A DNA stretch of 27,186 nucleotides from a bacterium (lineage in GTDB: Bacteria > Patescibacteriota > Dojkabacteria > SC72 > JAFGCJ01), in NCBI GenBank assembly GCA_043816465.1, contig JBDRHV010000058.1, positions 1-27,186 of the forward strand. The letters run 5' to 3'. Shown here piece after piece: positions 9,127 to 17,344 of this stretch. Both the position numbers and the translations under genes were made by a program. The first letter of the stretch is position 1. Each line of letters starts with the position of its first letter. Below the pieces are notes generated by a model. It was not told where the DNA came from. It worked only from the letters and a program-made list of their open reading frames with translations, and made no database searches.

Positions 9127-9157
9127 TGGTTTTGCTCCGCCATAGGCGGGTGGACCA
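9127..9157 (+). repeat. GC-rich intergenic hairpin containing a half-copy of the 30-bp palindromic element
   Basis: TGGTT..TCCGCC ATA GGCGGG..GACCA; 9136-9150 matches TCCGCC NNN GGCGGA apart from the last base. Confidence 0.6.
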
Positions 9158-9170
9158 TTTTGCTACTAAA

Positions 9171-9776
9171 ATGCAGAAATTAATAGGAATAAAAAAGGGA
9201 ATGACGAAAATGTATGATGGAGATAATATGGTCCCTGTTACTGTCGTTGAGTTACCAAAAAATGTTGTTTTTACAACTAACAAAGGTGAGAAAGGAAATC
9301 TCGTAAGAATCGGGATTTTGAAGAAAAAAAGAATGAATAAACCCGAGGAGGGTTTGTATAAGAAGGTTGGATTTGCACCAAAGAAAGCTTGGGACGTTTG
9401 GATGGAAGAGGAAATAGAACTGGGTACTGAATTTGGAGCAGAAACTTTATCAGTTGGGGATTTATTGATGATTACAGGTACTGGAAAAGGAAAAGGGTTT
9501 GCAGGTGTTGTTAAGAGGTATAAGTTTGCTGGTGGTCCAAAGACACATGGACAGTCAGATAGACTTAGGGCTGGAGGTTCAATTGGTGCAGGTACAGATC
9601 CTGGAAGAGTTATTCCTGGTAAAAAAATGCCTGGAAGAATGGGTGGAAAGACTATAACAACAATAAAGAGAAAAGTTATGGAAGTGGGATCAGATTATGT
9701 AGTTGTGAGTGGTTCACTTCCCGGAAGTAATGGATCATATTTGAAAATAGAGGTAACAAAGAAAAATGAAAGTTAA
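9171..9776 (+). CDS. rplC: 50S ribosomal protein L3 (uL3); start moved from the track GTG 9126 to ATG 9171
   Basis: LIGIKKGMT, VPVTV, GTGKGKGFAGVVKRY.F.GGP.THG, GSIGAGTDPGRV.PGKKMPGRMG. Confidence 0.96.
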   Translation: MQKLIGIKKGMTKMYDGDNMVPVTVVELPKNVVFTTNKGEKGNLVRIGILKKKRMNKPEEGLYKKVGFAPKKAWDVWMEEEIELGTEFGAETLSVGDLLMITGTGKGKGFAGVVKRYKFAGGPKTHGQSDRLRAGGSIGAGTDPGRVIPGKKMPGRMGGKTITTIKRKVMEVGSDYVVVSGSLPGSNGSYLKIEVTKKNES

Positions 9777-10404
9777 TACATACACCAAAACAGGAAATAA
9801 GTCAGAAAGTCAGATTGAGCTTGTAGATTCAATTTGGGCAGTACCAATGAATAAGGACCTTGTGGCACAGGTAATCAATGTGTTCTTGAACAATCAAAGA
9901 AAACATACCGCAACAGTGAAAACAAGAGGAGATGTGAGGGGTGGTGGTAAAAAGCCATGGAAGCAGAAACATACAGGAAGAGCTAGACATGGGTCAATCA
10001 GATCACCATTGTGGGTGGGTGGAGGAGTGACATTTGGTCCAACAGGGTATAAGAAAACACTAAAAATTCCTAAGAAGATGAGGGATTTATCCTTAAAATG
10101 TCTTCTTTCCGATAAGGTGAAGAATGAAGATGTTTTAGTGATTAATGAAATATCAACAGAAAAAGTAGTAAAAACTAAGGATATGCAGAATCTCCTTAAA
10201 AAACTCGGTATTGAAGGAAAAAAGGTTCTAATTGCATATGAAGGTGATGTTAAAGAGAAAGAAAATATTAGAAAAGGTTTTGGAAACATTAAAAATTCAG
10301 TGGTTTTAGATTCAAGAAATATTTGTTCTCATTCGATAATTAATTCAGACAAATTGGTAATTACAAAGAACGCAGTTAAAGAAATTGAGGAAAGATTGAA
10401 ATGA
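9766..10404 (+). CDS. rplD: 50S ribosomal protein L4 (uL4)
   Basis: TVKTRGDVRGGGKKPWKQKHTGRARHGSIRSPLWVGGGVTFGP. Confidence 0.97.
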   Translation: MKVNTYTKTGNKSESQIELVDSIWAVPMNKDLVAQVINVFLNNQRKHTATVKTRGDVRGGGKKPWKQKHTGRARHGSIRSPLWVGGGVTFGPTGYKKTLKIPKKMRDLSLKCLLSDKVKNEDVLVINEISTEKVVKTKDMQNLLKKLGIEGKKVLIAYEGDVKEKENIRKGFGNIKNSVVLDSRNICSHSIINSDKLVITKNAVKEIEERLK

Positions 10405-10688
10405 ATTCCAAAAGAATATTAATACAGCCAAATATTTCTGAAAAAAGTTATAGAGGTAGCGAGGTTGGTGTCTATACCTTTAGAGTAGTGAAAGAGGCTA
10501 AAAAGGATGACGTAAAAAGGGAAGTGGAGAGAAAATTTAAAGTTAAGGTGGAAAAGGTTAGGATGATCAATAAAAGAGGAAAGAAAGTAATTGATTGGAG
10601 AAGAAGAATCAGAAGCAATAGATCAGATTACAAACACGCTATTGTAACGCTAAAATCAGGAAATACAATTGATATATTTAAAGCATAA
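10401..10688 (+). CDS. rplW: 50S ribosomal protein L23 (uL23)
   Basis: P.ISEKS...YTFRV...A.K..VK..VE..F.VKVEKV...N..GK, YKHAIVTL; canonical operon position. Confidence 0.93.
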   Translation: MNSKRILIQPNISEKSYRGSEVGVYTFRVVKEAKKDDVKREVERKFKVKVEKVRMINKRGKKVIDWRRRIRSNRSDYKHAIVTLKSGNTIDIFKA

Positions 10689-10690
10689 AG

Positions 10691-11551
10691 ATGGCACTCA
10701 AAACATTTAAACCTACAACTAGTACTCGGAGACATACCGTACTTGAGGATAGAAGTAAACTATCAAAAGAGGGGCCTGTCAAATCATTGACCTTTGGAAA
10801 GAAAAGTACTAGTGGTAGAAATGTGCATGGTAGGATTACTGTTAGACATAGAGGTGGTGGGGTCAAAAGATTACTTAGAAAGATTGACCATAAAAAGGAT
10901 AAGTACGATGTATCAGGAACTGTCGAGAGAATGGAGTACAATCCAAATATATCTGCAAACATTGCTCTCATAAAGTATGTAGATGGTGAAAGAAGATATG
11001 TTCTTGCACCAAGAAGAATGAAAGTTGGAGATACTATTATCTCGGGAGAAAAAGTAGAACCAGAGTTGGGAAATACAATGATGATGAAGAATATCCCATC
11101 AGGTACTCCAGTTCATGATGTAGAGTTAAACGTTGGAAAAGGTGGGCAGCTTGGCAGATCTGCAGGTACTGCAATTATTGTGCAAGGACCTGATGCAACT
11201 GGAAGATATATGCAATTGAAAATGCCTTCAGGTGAAATCAGAATAGTTTTAAATACTTGTTATGCGACAGTTGGTCAAGTAGGGAACGAAGAGCATATGA
11301 ATGTGAAGATTGGAAAAGCCGGAAGAAAGAGAAGAATGGGTATAAGACCTACAGTTAGAGGAAAAGCAATGCATGCAGAACAGCATCCTCATGGAGGTGG
11401 TGAAGGAAAAGGTGTTATTAGAAGTGGTAGAAGTGGAGCAAAGGACAGTTGGGGACATAGAGTTGGAACTAAGACAAGAAAGAATAAGAGAACAAGAAGA
11501 TTTATTATTAAGAGGAAGACCACAAGAAGAGTTCCTAAGTCAAAGATTTAA
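10691..11551 (+). CDS. rplB: 50S ribosomal protein L2 (uL2)
   Basis: GRNVHGRITVRHRGGG, EYNPNISANIALIKY.DGE.RY, GIRPTVRG.AM...HPHGGGEG. Confidence 0.97.
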   Translation: MALKTFKPTTSTRRHTVLEDRSKLSKEGPVKSLTFGKKSTSGRNVHGRITVRHRGGGVKRLLRKIDHKKDKYDVSGTVERMEYNPNISANIALIKYVDGERRYVLAPRRMKVGDTIISGEKVEPELGNTMMMKNIPSGTPVHDVELNVGKGGQLGRSAGTAIIVQGPDATGRYMQLKMPSGEIRIVLNTCYATVGQVGNEEHMNVKIGKAGRKRRMGIRPTVRGKAMHAEQHPHGGGEGKGVIRSGRSGAKDSWGHRVGTKTRKNKRTRRFIIKRKTTRRVPKSKI

Positions 11552-11567
11552 TTATTAAGAAAAAGCC

Positions 11568-11873
11568 ATGGCAAGATCGCTTAAAAAAGGACCATATGTA
11601 GATGAAAATCTTATGGAAAAAGTAAATAAGGCAATTCAGACAGGAGATAGGTCTCCAATAAAAACATGGGCAAGAGCATCAATGATTGCGCCTGAGATGG
11701 TAGGTCTTACCATAGCAGTGCATAATGGGAAGGAGCATATCCCTGTTCTAGTTTCTGAATCTATGGTTGGTCATAGACTTGGGGAGTTTTCTTTGACAAG
11801 GAAATTTAAGGGTCATGCAAGGAAAGGTAAGATTTCTAAAGTATATGGTGGTGCCGGAAGATTCGAAGAATAA
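11568..11873 (+). CDS. rpsS: 30S ribosomal protein S19 (uS19)
   Basis: [51 protein letters not shown]. Confidence 0.97.
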   Translation: MARSLKKGPYVDENLMEKVNKAIQTGDRSPIKTWARASMIAPEMVGLTIAVHNGKEHIPVLVSESMVGHRLGEFSLTRKFKGHARKGKISKVYGGAGRFEE

Positions 11874-11921
11874 CCCGTCTTCCCATGCACCAGAATCGGT
11901 ACATGGTTAGCCGAGGCAGGC
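11874..11921 (+). repeat. GC-rich nested hairpin in the rpsS-rplV spacer
   Basis: Inner stem CCATG.ACC / GGT.CATGG (11883-11906) inside an imperfect outer stem CC-GTCTT / GAGGC-A-GG. Confidence 0.5.
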
Positions 11922-11934
11922 CCAGATTAAATAT

Positions 11935-12357
11935 ATGAAAGAAAAAGTGAAAGATACAAATAAAAAAATACAAAAGAATACAGAAGTTGAGAAATCCGCC
12001 AAAGTTGGATCCGACTCTGTAGGAAGAAAGGTAATTGCACGTTACGGTGATGCAAACTCCTCTCCTCAAAAAATGAGACTCGTTGCAGCTCTAATAAGGA
12101 GAAAAGATGCAGTAGAAGCTGTTAATATACTGACATTCACAAGCAAGAAGGCAGCGAAAACTTTACTTAAAGTTCTGAAATCTGCAATCGCGAATGCCGA
12201 CAACAGATATAGCATAAGCCCAGAAAAGCTTGTCGTGTCTGGTGTAGATATTGGTGAGGGTGTAAAATTGCCCCGATTCAGATTTGCATCAAGAGGAAGA
12301 ATAAGCAAACTAATGAAGAGAAGATCGCTAATTAAAATTGAATTGACCGAAAAATAA
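11935..12357 (+). CDS. rplV: 50S ribosomal protein L22 (uL22) with a ~30-aa N-terminal extension
   Basis: ARY...SPQKMRLVA.LIR.K...EA..IL.F..KKAA..L.KVLKSA.ANA, RGR...L.KR.S.I.I; canonical position. Confidence 0.95.
   Translation: MKEKVKDTNKKIQKNTEVEKSAKVGSDSVGRKVIARYGDANSSPQKMRLVAALIRRKDAVEAVNILTFTSKKAAKTLLKVLKSAIANADNRYSISPEKLVVSGVDIGEGVKLPRFRFASRGRISKLMKRRSLIKIELTEK
11995..12024 (+). repeat. 30-bp palindromic element, in-frame copy in rplV (SAKVGSDSVG)
   Basis: TCCGCC AAA GTTGGA TCCGAC TCT GTAGGA, 25/30 identical to the consensus. Confidence 0.8.
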
Positions 12358-12358
12358 C

Positions 12359-13015
12359 ATGGGACAGAAAATAAGTGCAACAGCTATGAGACTAGGAATC
12401 AAAGGTACTTGGAAGTCTCTTTGGTATGCAAAAGGACAAAATTATACGGATCAGCTTCATCAGGATATCGCTATCCGTGAATACATGACAAAGAAACTAA
12501 GTTCTGCTGGTCTTGAAAAGGTTGAAATTAGTAGATCAATGAATGATGTTACTGTAAATGCATATGTTGCAAGACCTGGTGTTGCTATTGGAAGAGGTGG
12601 AAAAGGAATAGATGAAATCAAAAAAGAGTTAACAAAGAAGTACAAAGTACCTATTGAAATCAAGATAAACGAATTGAAGAAGGCTAATCTTTCAGCAAGA
12701 GTTATAGCAAGGTCAATCGCAGATGGAATTGAGAAAAGAATGGCACCAAAGAAATTGATGGAAACAGAAAAAGAAAAAGCAGTTCAGGCTGGGGCAAAGG
12801 GTGTAAAAATTATGATATCAGGAAGAATTGGTGGAAGTGATATTGCTCGATCTATCAAGGCGCAGGAGGGACCGGTTCCTCTACAGACATTGAGAGCTGA
12901 TATCGATTTTGCGGAAGAAGTAGCAGCTACGACAAATGCAGGTTTGTATGGAGTGAAGGTGTGGGTATACAGAGAAGATGAAAAAGAATCAGATAAATCA
13001 AATAGAAGCGAATAA
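12359..13015 (+). CDS. rpsC: 30S ribosomal protein S3 (uS3)
   Basis: MGQK....MRLGI...W.S.WY, ARPGVAIGRGG, GAKGVKI.ISGRIGG.DIARS, GPVPLQTLRADIDF, GVKVWVY. Confidence 0.97.
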   Translation: MGQKISATAMRLGIKGTWKSLWYAKGQNYTDQLHQDIAIREYMTKKLSSAGLEKVEISRSMNDVTVNAYVARPGVAIGRGGKGIDEIKKELTKKYKVPIEIKINELKKANLSARVIARSIADGIEKRMAPKKLMETEKEKAVQAGAKGVKIMISGRIGGSDIARSIKAQEGPVPLQTLRADIDFAEEVAATTNAGLYGVKVWVYREDEKESDKSNRSE

Positions 13016-13425
13016 TGCTAGAACCAAAAAACGCAAAATATAGAAAACAGTTTAGAGGAAAGATGAAAGGCATCTCTTTCGGAGCGAGTAAAATCGACTT
13101 TGGAGAGTATGGACTTCAATCAAAAGAGTGTGGTTGGGTGTCTGCTGGTCAAATTGAGGCAGCAAGAAGAGCAATTACTGGGAGTATAAAGAGAAAAGGA
13201 AAAATTTGGGTCAGGGTTTTTCCTGATAAACCAGTAACAAAAAAGCCTGCAGAAGTGAAAATGGGTTCTGGAAAAGGTGATATTGATAGGTATGTCGCGG
13301 TTGTTAGACCTGGAAGAATATTGTTCGAATTGGGTGGTGTAGAAGAGGACATTGCTAGAGAAGCGTTCAGATTGGCAGCACATAAACTGTCAGTAGAAAC
13401 TAGATTTTTGAAGAGGATGGACTAA
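13015..13425 (+). CDS. rplP: 50S ribosomal protein L16 (uL16)
   Basis: MLEPK..KYRKQFRG, QIEAARRAI, GKIWVRVFPDKPVTKKPAEV.MGSGKG, AFRLAAHKL. Confidence 0.97.
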   Translation: MLEPKNAKYRKQFRGKMKGISFGASKIDFGEYGLQSKECGWVSAGQIEAARRAITGSIKRKGKIWVRVFPDKPVTKKPAEVKMGSGKGDIDRYVAVVRPGRILFELGGVEEDIAREAFRLAAHKLSVETRFLKRMD

Positions 13426-13686
13426 ATGAATATTAAACAAATAAGAGAAAAGAAAATAGAAGAGCTATATAAACAAAGAACTGAAGTAAGAAGAAGATAC
13501 TCAGATGAATGTTTGGAGATGAGAATGGGAAAACTGAAAGATGTAAGAAAACCTAATAAGACAAGAAAAGAATTAGCTAGATTGGAATTTGTTATTGCAG
13601 AAAAAGCTTCACCAAAGGCGAGTTCGCCTAGGGTGAATAAAGATAAGTTGAGTAAAAAATCAAAAGATGGCAAAGCAAAGGCTTAA
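13426..13686 (+). CDS. rpmC: 50S ribosomal protein L29 (uL29) with a C-terminal extension
   Basis: IR.K..EEL........L..R.G.L......KTRKELAR...VI.EK; located between rplP and rpsQ. Confidence 0.9.
   Translation: MNIKQIREKKIEELYKQRTEVRRRYSDECLEMRMGKLKDVRKPNKTRKELARLEFVIAEKASPKASSPRVNKDKLSKKSKDGKAKA
13608..13637 (+). repeat. 30-bp palindromic element, copy in rpmC read in a different frame (SPKASSPRV)
   Basis: TTCACC AAA GGCGAG TTCGCC TAG GGTGAA, 21/30 identical to the consensus; outer 6-bp arms are perfectly complementary. Confidence 0.7.
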
Positions 13687-13930
13687 CGGAAAAGTAATAA
13701 GCAACAAAATGGAGAAAACAGTGGTAGTTGCGGTTGAAAGAAAAACTGCACATCCTAAGTATAAAAAGACAATTGTCAGAAGGAAAAGATATTTTGCACA
13801 TAGTGAAAACGATATTGAGATAGGAAAATCTGTTACAATCGAGCTCTCGAAGCCAATGTCAAAGCATAAGAGATGGAAGGTTATATTGGTGGAAAATGGA
13901 GAGAATAAAACTAAGTCTAAGAAGAAATAA
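13667..13930 (+). CDS. rpsQ: 30S ribosomal protein S17 (uS17)
   Basis: L.GKVISNKMEKTVVVAVER...HPKYKK...R.K.Y.AH, I..SKPMSK.KRW. Confidence 0.96.
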   Translation: MAKQRLNGKVISNKMEKTVVVAVERKTAHPKYKKTIVRRKRYFAHSENDIEIGKSVTIELSKPMSKHKRWKVILVENGENKTKSKKK

Positions 13931-13932
13931 CA

Positions 13933-14304
13933 ATGTTAAGAATAGGTGCGAGAGTAAAAATTACAGACAATACAGGAGGAAGAATAGGTAAAATCATTGG
14001 TGTACCTGGAAGTTCAAGGGAAAGGGTCGCAAAACTTGGAAGTGTAGTGAGGGTAAGTATTACAAAGGCAAACCCTTATGGTCTTGTAAAAGAGCATGGT
14101 AAGGAAAGAGCTGTTGTAGTAAGGACAAGAAAAGAATACAGGAGAAGAGATGGTTCATACATAAGATTTGATGATAATGCGGCTGTAGTACTTGGCTCAG
14201 ACGGAAAAACTCCAAAGGGTACAAGAGTGTTTGGTCCAATTGCTCGAGAGCTTAAGGAAAATGGTTACGATAAAATTGTTTCTTTAGCACCAGAAGTAAT
14301 ATGA
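13933..14304 (+). CDS. rplN: 50S ribosomal protein L14 (uL14)
   Basis: DNTGG, AVVVRTRKEYRR.DGSYIRFDDNAAV, PKGTRVFGPIARELK...Y.KIVSLAPEVI. Confidence 0.97.
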   Translation: MLRIGARVKITDNTGGRIGKIIGVPGSSRERVAKLGSVVRVSITKANPYGLVKEHGKERAVVVRTRKEYRRRDGSYIRFDDNAAVVLGSDGKTPKGTRVFGPIARELKENGYDKIVSLAPEVI

Positions 14305-14696
14305 AGATTAAAAAAGGAGATACAGTAAGAATAATGAAGGGTAAGGATGTTGGAAAACAAGGGAAAGTACTGAAGATCGTTTCGGGAGATAAAAGAGTTG
14401 TTGTAGAGGGAGTAAATGTTTTTAAAAAGCACATAAAGGGGGACGGTAAAAATAAGGAGTCTGCTATTGTAGATATTGTAAAACCAGTATCTATAGCAAA
14501 TGTCATGATTGTATGTAACTCCTGCGGAAAGGCATCAAGAGTAAGAATAAGTGTAGTAAAAGATAAACGAATCAGAATGTGTGTTAAATGTGATAAACCA
14601 ATGGATGTTGTTGCGAAAAAAGAGAAAAAAGAAGTCAAATCAGGTACAACAAAATCAAAAAAAGTAAATTCTAAAGCTAAAAAATCGAAGAAATAG
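14301..14696 (+). CDS. rplX: 50S ribosomal protein L24 (uL24) with a Lys-rich C-terminal tail
   Basis: MKIKKGDTVRIMKGKDVGKQGKV, V.VEGVN..KKH.K, ....SIANVMI.C..CGK.SRV. Confidence 0.96.
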   Translation: MKIKKGDTVRIMKGKDVGKQGKVLKIVSGDKRVVVEGVNVFKKHIKGDGKNKESAIVDIVKPVSIANVMIVCNSCGKASRVRISVVKDKRIRMCVKCDKPMDVVAKKEKKEVKSGTTKSKKVNSKAKKSKK

Positions 14697-14729
14697 ATCC
14701 TATCGTTCCTCTTTGAGGGACTCCAGGAT
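14697..14729 (+). repeat. GC-rich nested hairpin in the rplX-rplE spacer
   Basis: ATCCT-ATCG-TTCCTC TTT GAGGGA-CTCC-AGGAT: a 6-3-6 inner hairpin within a 5-bp outer stem. Confidence 0.5.
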
Positions 14730-14750
14730 GTACGAGAATAAACAATTACC

Positions 14751-15314
14751 ATGAAAGAATTACCAAGACTTAAAAAAGAATATGTAGAAAAGTACAGAGA
14801 TGAGCTGAAGAAAGAGCTTAAGCTAGACAATATTATGGAAGTTCCAATGTTTAATAAGATTGTCTTGAACGTTGGGATGGGAGAGGCTCTTGAAAACAAA
14901 GATGCAATTGAGGATATGACTAAGCAGTTTGAATTGATTACTGGACAAAAGCCTGTTGTAAAGAAAGCAAAAAAAGCTATTTCGGGATTCAAGATTAGAA
15001 AGGGTGAAGAGATTGGATTATCTGTCACTTTGAGAGGTGATAGGATGTGGCATTTTCTTGATAGATTGATAAATATTGCTTTTCCAAGGACAAAAGACTT
15101 TAGAGGAATGCCCGTAAGTTCTTTTGATGGTAGCGGTAACTATACAATTGGAATCAGGGAGCAAACATCTTTTCCAGAGATTGATCCAAACGAGATCACA
15201 AAACTTAGAGGTATGGAGATTACTATTGTTACATCAACAATTAATGATATTCATGCAAAAGCATTACTAGATAAATTTGGTTTTCCATTTAAGAAGGATG
15301 GCAAAGAAGTCTAA
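14751..15314 (+). CDS. rplE: 50S ribosomal protein L5 (uL5)
   Basis: NIMEVP...[17 protein letters not shown]...[44 protein letters not shown]. Confidence 0.97.
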   Translation: MKELPRLKKEYVEKYRDELKKELKLDNIMEVPMFNKIVLNVGMGEALENKDAIEDMTKQFELITGQKPVVKKAKKAISGFKIRKGEEIGLSVTLRGDRMWHFLDRLINIAFPRTKDFRGMPVSSFDGSGNYTIGIREQTSFPEIDPNEITKLRGMEITIVTSTINDIHAKALLDKFGFPFKKDGKEV

Positions 15315-15492
15315 AGTAGCACAACAAAAGAGGCTAAAACTGTACTCAAAGTACATAACAAGGAAGTACACAAGATGTATGAGATGTGGACGTCCAAGGG
15401 CTTATATGAGAAAATTCGGCCTGTGCAGAATTTGTTTTAGGCAATTAGCCCATAAGGGTGAGATTCCAGGTTTAGTTAAATCAAGCTGGTAA
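15298..15492 (+). CDS. rpsN: 30S ribosomal protein S14, zinc-binding (type Z); start moved to ATG 15298
   Basis: MAKKSK...[33 protein letters not shown] (four Cys). Confidence 0.96.
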   Translation: MAKKSKVAQQKRLKLYSKYITRKYTRCMRCGRPRAYMRKFGLCRICFRQLAHKGEIPGLVKSSW

Positions 15493-15497
15493 AGTAT

Positions 15498-15872
15498 ATG
15501 GATACAGTGTCAAATGCGCTATCAAAAATTAAAAACGCAAGTATGGCTGGGAAAAAAGAGGTTCAGTTGAAAAAGAGCAACCAGGTCTCTAGTATTGCAA
15601 AGATTCTTAAAGAAGAAGGATTTATCGATGGATATTCTGAAAACGGTAATGTCATAGATGTTACTTTGGGATTCATCGGAAAGGAACCAAAGATAACTCA
15701 TTTTGAAAAGGTATCAAACCCGGGACAGAGATCATATATCTCTGTAAACAATTTGAGGCCTGTTCTAAATGGAAGAGGAATCGGGATTGTTAGCACATCA
15801 AAAGGTATTATGACGGTCGAGAGGGCAAAGGTGGAAAATATCGGAGGAGAATATATTTGTAAAATTTGGTAA
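15498..15872 (+). CDS. rpsH: 30S ribosomal protein S8 (uS8)
   Basis: MD.....L.KIKNA, IAKILKEEGFI, VSNPGQRSY, V.NGRGIGIVSTSKGIMT...A....IGGE.IC.IW. Confidence 0.96.
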   Translation: MDTVSNALSKIKNASMAGKKEVQLKKSNQVSSIAKILKEEGFIDGYSENGNVIDVTLGFIGKEPKITHFEKVSNPGQRSYISVNNLRPVLNGRGIGIVSTSKGIMTVERAKVENIGGEYICKIW

Positions 15873-15874
15873 AT

Positions 15875-16426
15875 ATGTCAAGAATTGGAATTCAACCAAT
15901 CAAAATTGAAGAAGGTGTAACGGTAGAGGTAGCTGATGATACAGTTAAAGTTAAGGGTCCCCTAGGGGAGCTTGAAAAGAGTTTACCAAGAAAAATTGAA
16001 GTCAAAGTAACAGGGGGTGAAGTTATTGTTGAAAGAAAAGGTGAGACAAAGCAGGACAAATCGAATCATGGAACAATTAGATCAATAATCTCGAATATGA
16101 TAAATGGTGTAAAAGAAGGTTATAAAAAAGAGTTGGAGCTAGTAGGAATGGGGTATAGAGCTGAAATGCAGGGAAGAGATTTAGTTATGTATATTGGGTG
16201 GAATCATCCAGTAAAAGTGTCCCCACCAGAAGATATTACTATTGAGGTCAAAGACCAGTCTTTTGTAGAAATTTCTGGCGCAGATAAACAAAAAGTTGGC
16301 CTTTGGGCTGCAAATATTAGGAAGATTAGAAAACCTGAACCTTACAAAGGAAAAGGAATTAAATACGTTGAAGAGATAGTTAGAAGAAAGACAAGTAAGT
16401 CTGTTAAGGAGGAATCAAATGCTTAA
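15875..16426 (+). CDS. rplF: 50S ribosomal protein L6 (uL6); start at ATG 15875
   Basis: MSRIGIQPI.I..GV, VKGPLGEL, HGTIRS.I.NMI.GV..GY.K.LELVG.GYRA, IRK.RKPEPYKGKGI.Y. Confidence 0.97.
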   Translation: MSRIGIQPIKIEEGVTVEVADDTVKVKGPLGELEKSLPRKIEVKVTGGEVIVERKGETKQDKSNHGTIRSIISNMINGVKEGYKKELELVGMGYRAEMQGRDLVMYIGWNHPVKVSPPEDITIEVKDQSFVEISGADKQKVGLWAANIRKIRKPEPYKGKGIKYVEEIVRRKTSKSVKEESNA

Positions 16427-16772
16427 AACAAGAAGAGAAAAAAGACAAAGAAGAAAATTGCATGTAAGGAAAAACCTTTCTGGTACAAAGGATATTCCAA
16501 GAATAAATGTATTCAGAAGCAATAGGTTTATCTATGTGCAGGCGGTAGATGATGAAGCCGGTAAATCGATGTGGGGTATGGGTTCAATGAAAATCAAGTC
16601 AGCAAAGGCAGATAAGCCAGTGGAAGTGGCTGCAAAGTTGGGAGAAGAATTCTCGACAATATTAAAGAAAAACAAGATTGAAAGAGCGGTGTTTGATAGA
16701 TCTGGTTATAAGTATCATGGGAGAGTTAAGGCTCTAGCGGATGGAATCAGAAAAGGTGGAATTAATTTATAA
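16419..16772 (+). CDS. rplR: 50S ribosomal protein L18 (uL18)
   Basis: R.RR..HVRK.L.GT...PRINVFRSN..IY.Q..DD, VFDRSGYKYHGRVKALADG.R.GG..L. Confidence 0.97.
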   Translation: MLKTRREKRQRRKLHVRKNLSGTKDIPRINVFRSNRFIYVQAVDDEAGKSMWGMGSMKIKSAKADKPVEVAAKLGEEFSTILKKNKIERAVFDRSGYKYHGRVKALADGIRKGGINL

Positions 16773-16783
16773 AAATTTATTAA

Positions 16784-17344
16784 GTGGAGAGAGATTTTAT
16801 AGAAAGACCAATAGAAGATTTTGATAAAAGGGTTGTATCTGTAAGAAGAGTTGCCAAGGTTAGAGCAGGCTCAAAAAGACTTAGGTTTAGCGCTCTTGTT
16901 ATAGCCGGAAATAAAAAAGGAAAACTAGGAATCGGACTTGGAAGAGGTCAGGATACAAGAAGTGCAATAGAGAAAGGGTTTAAATATGCAAAATCTCATT
17001 CTGTGAGGGTTGAAATTACTGGAGATACTATTCCACACGAGGTGGTGAATAAGTTCCGAGCAGCTAAGTTGATTTTGAAACCTGCTGGGCCAGGTACGGG
17101 TCTTATTGCAAGCTCTTCTGTAAGGGCAGTACTTGAACTTGCAGGTCTTAAGAATGTACTTTCAAAACAGTTAGGTGCATCAAACGAAGTGACAAATGCA
17201 TATTGTGCATTTGAGTCCTTGAAATTATTAAGAAGAGACAGAGTTTTACAGAGAAGAGCAAGGATAACAAGAGATACAAAAAAGAGTAATACTTCAAAAT
17301 TAAGTAAAGATGAAGCTAAACGAAATACCACAAAGAAAAAATAG
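16784..17344 (+). CDS. rpsE: 30S ribosomal protein S5 (uS5), GTG start, Lys-rich C-terminal tail
   Basis: VRRVAKV..G.KRLRFSALV..GN..G..G.G.G, TIPHEV..KF.AA.L.LKPA.PGTG.IA...VRAVLELAG. Confidence 0.96.
   Translation: MERDFIERPIEDFDKRVVSVRRVAKVRAGSKRLRFSALVIAGNKKGKLGIGLGRGQDTRSAIEKGFKYAKSHSVRVEITGDTIPHEVVNKFRAAKLILKPAGPGTGLIASSSVRAVLELAGLKNVLSKQLGASNEVTNAYCAFESLKLLRRDRVLQRRARITRDTKKSNTSKLSKDEAKRNTTKKK

Noticed and set aside
9126-9170. Longer ORF-track starts for rplC, rpsN, rplF, adk, infA and rpsD
   Set aside because: The upstream residues lack homology and come from alternative start codons; downstream ATGs match the canonical N-termini.
10401-14304. Alternative genetic code (TGA as Gly or Trp)
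   Set aside because: rplD and rplN end at TGA in canonical ATGA overlaps, and Trp is encoded by TGG, consistent with code 11.
14252-15028. 258-aa minus-strand ORF and the other antisense ORFs over pcrA, fusA, tuf, ribosomal-protein genes, secY and rpoA
   Set aside because: They are shadows of well-conserved sense genes, Phe/Ser/Ile-rich as expected from A-rich sense codons, with no recognisable motifs.
15958-15969. 12-bp palindrome TCCCCTAGGGGA in rplF
   Set aside because: Encodes the conserved L6 GPLGE motif; a single chance palindrome.
17251-17344. S5 tail as a fused remnant of rpmD
   Set aside because: No recognisable L30 motif; low-complexity Lys/Ser/Thr sequence, partly dictated by the rplO overlap.
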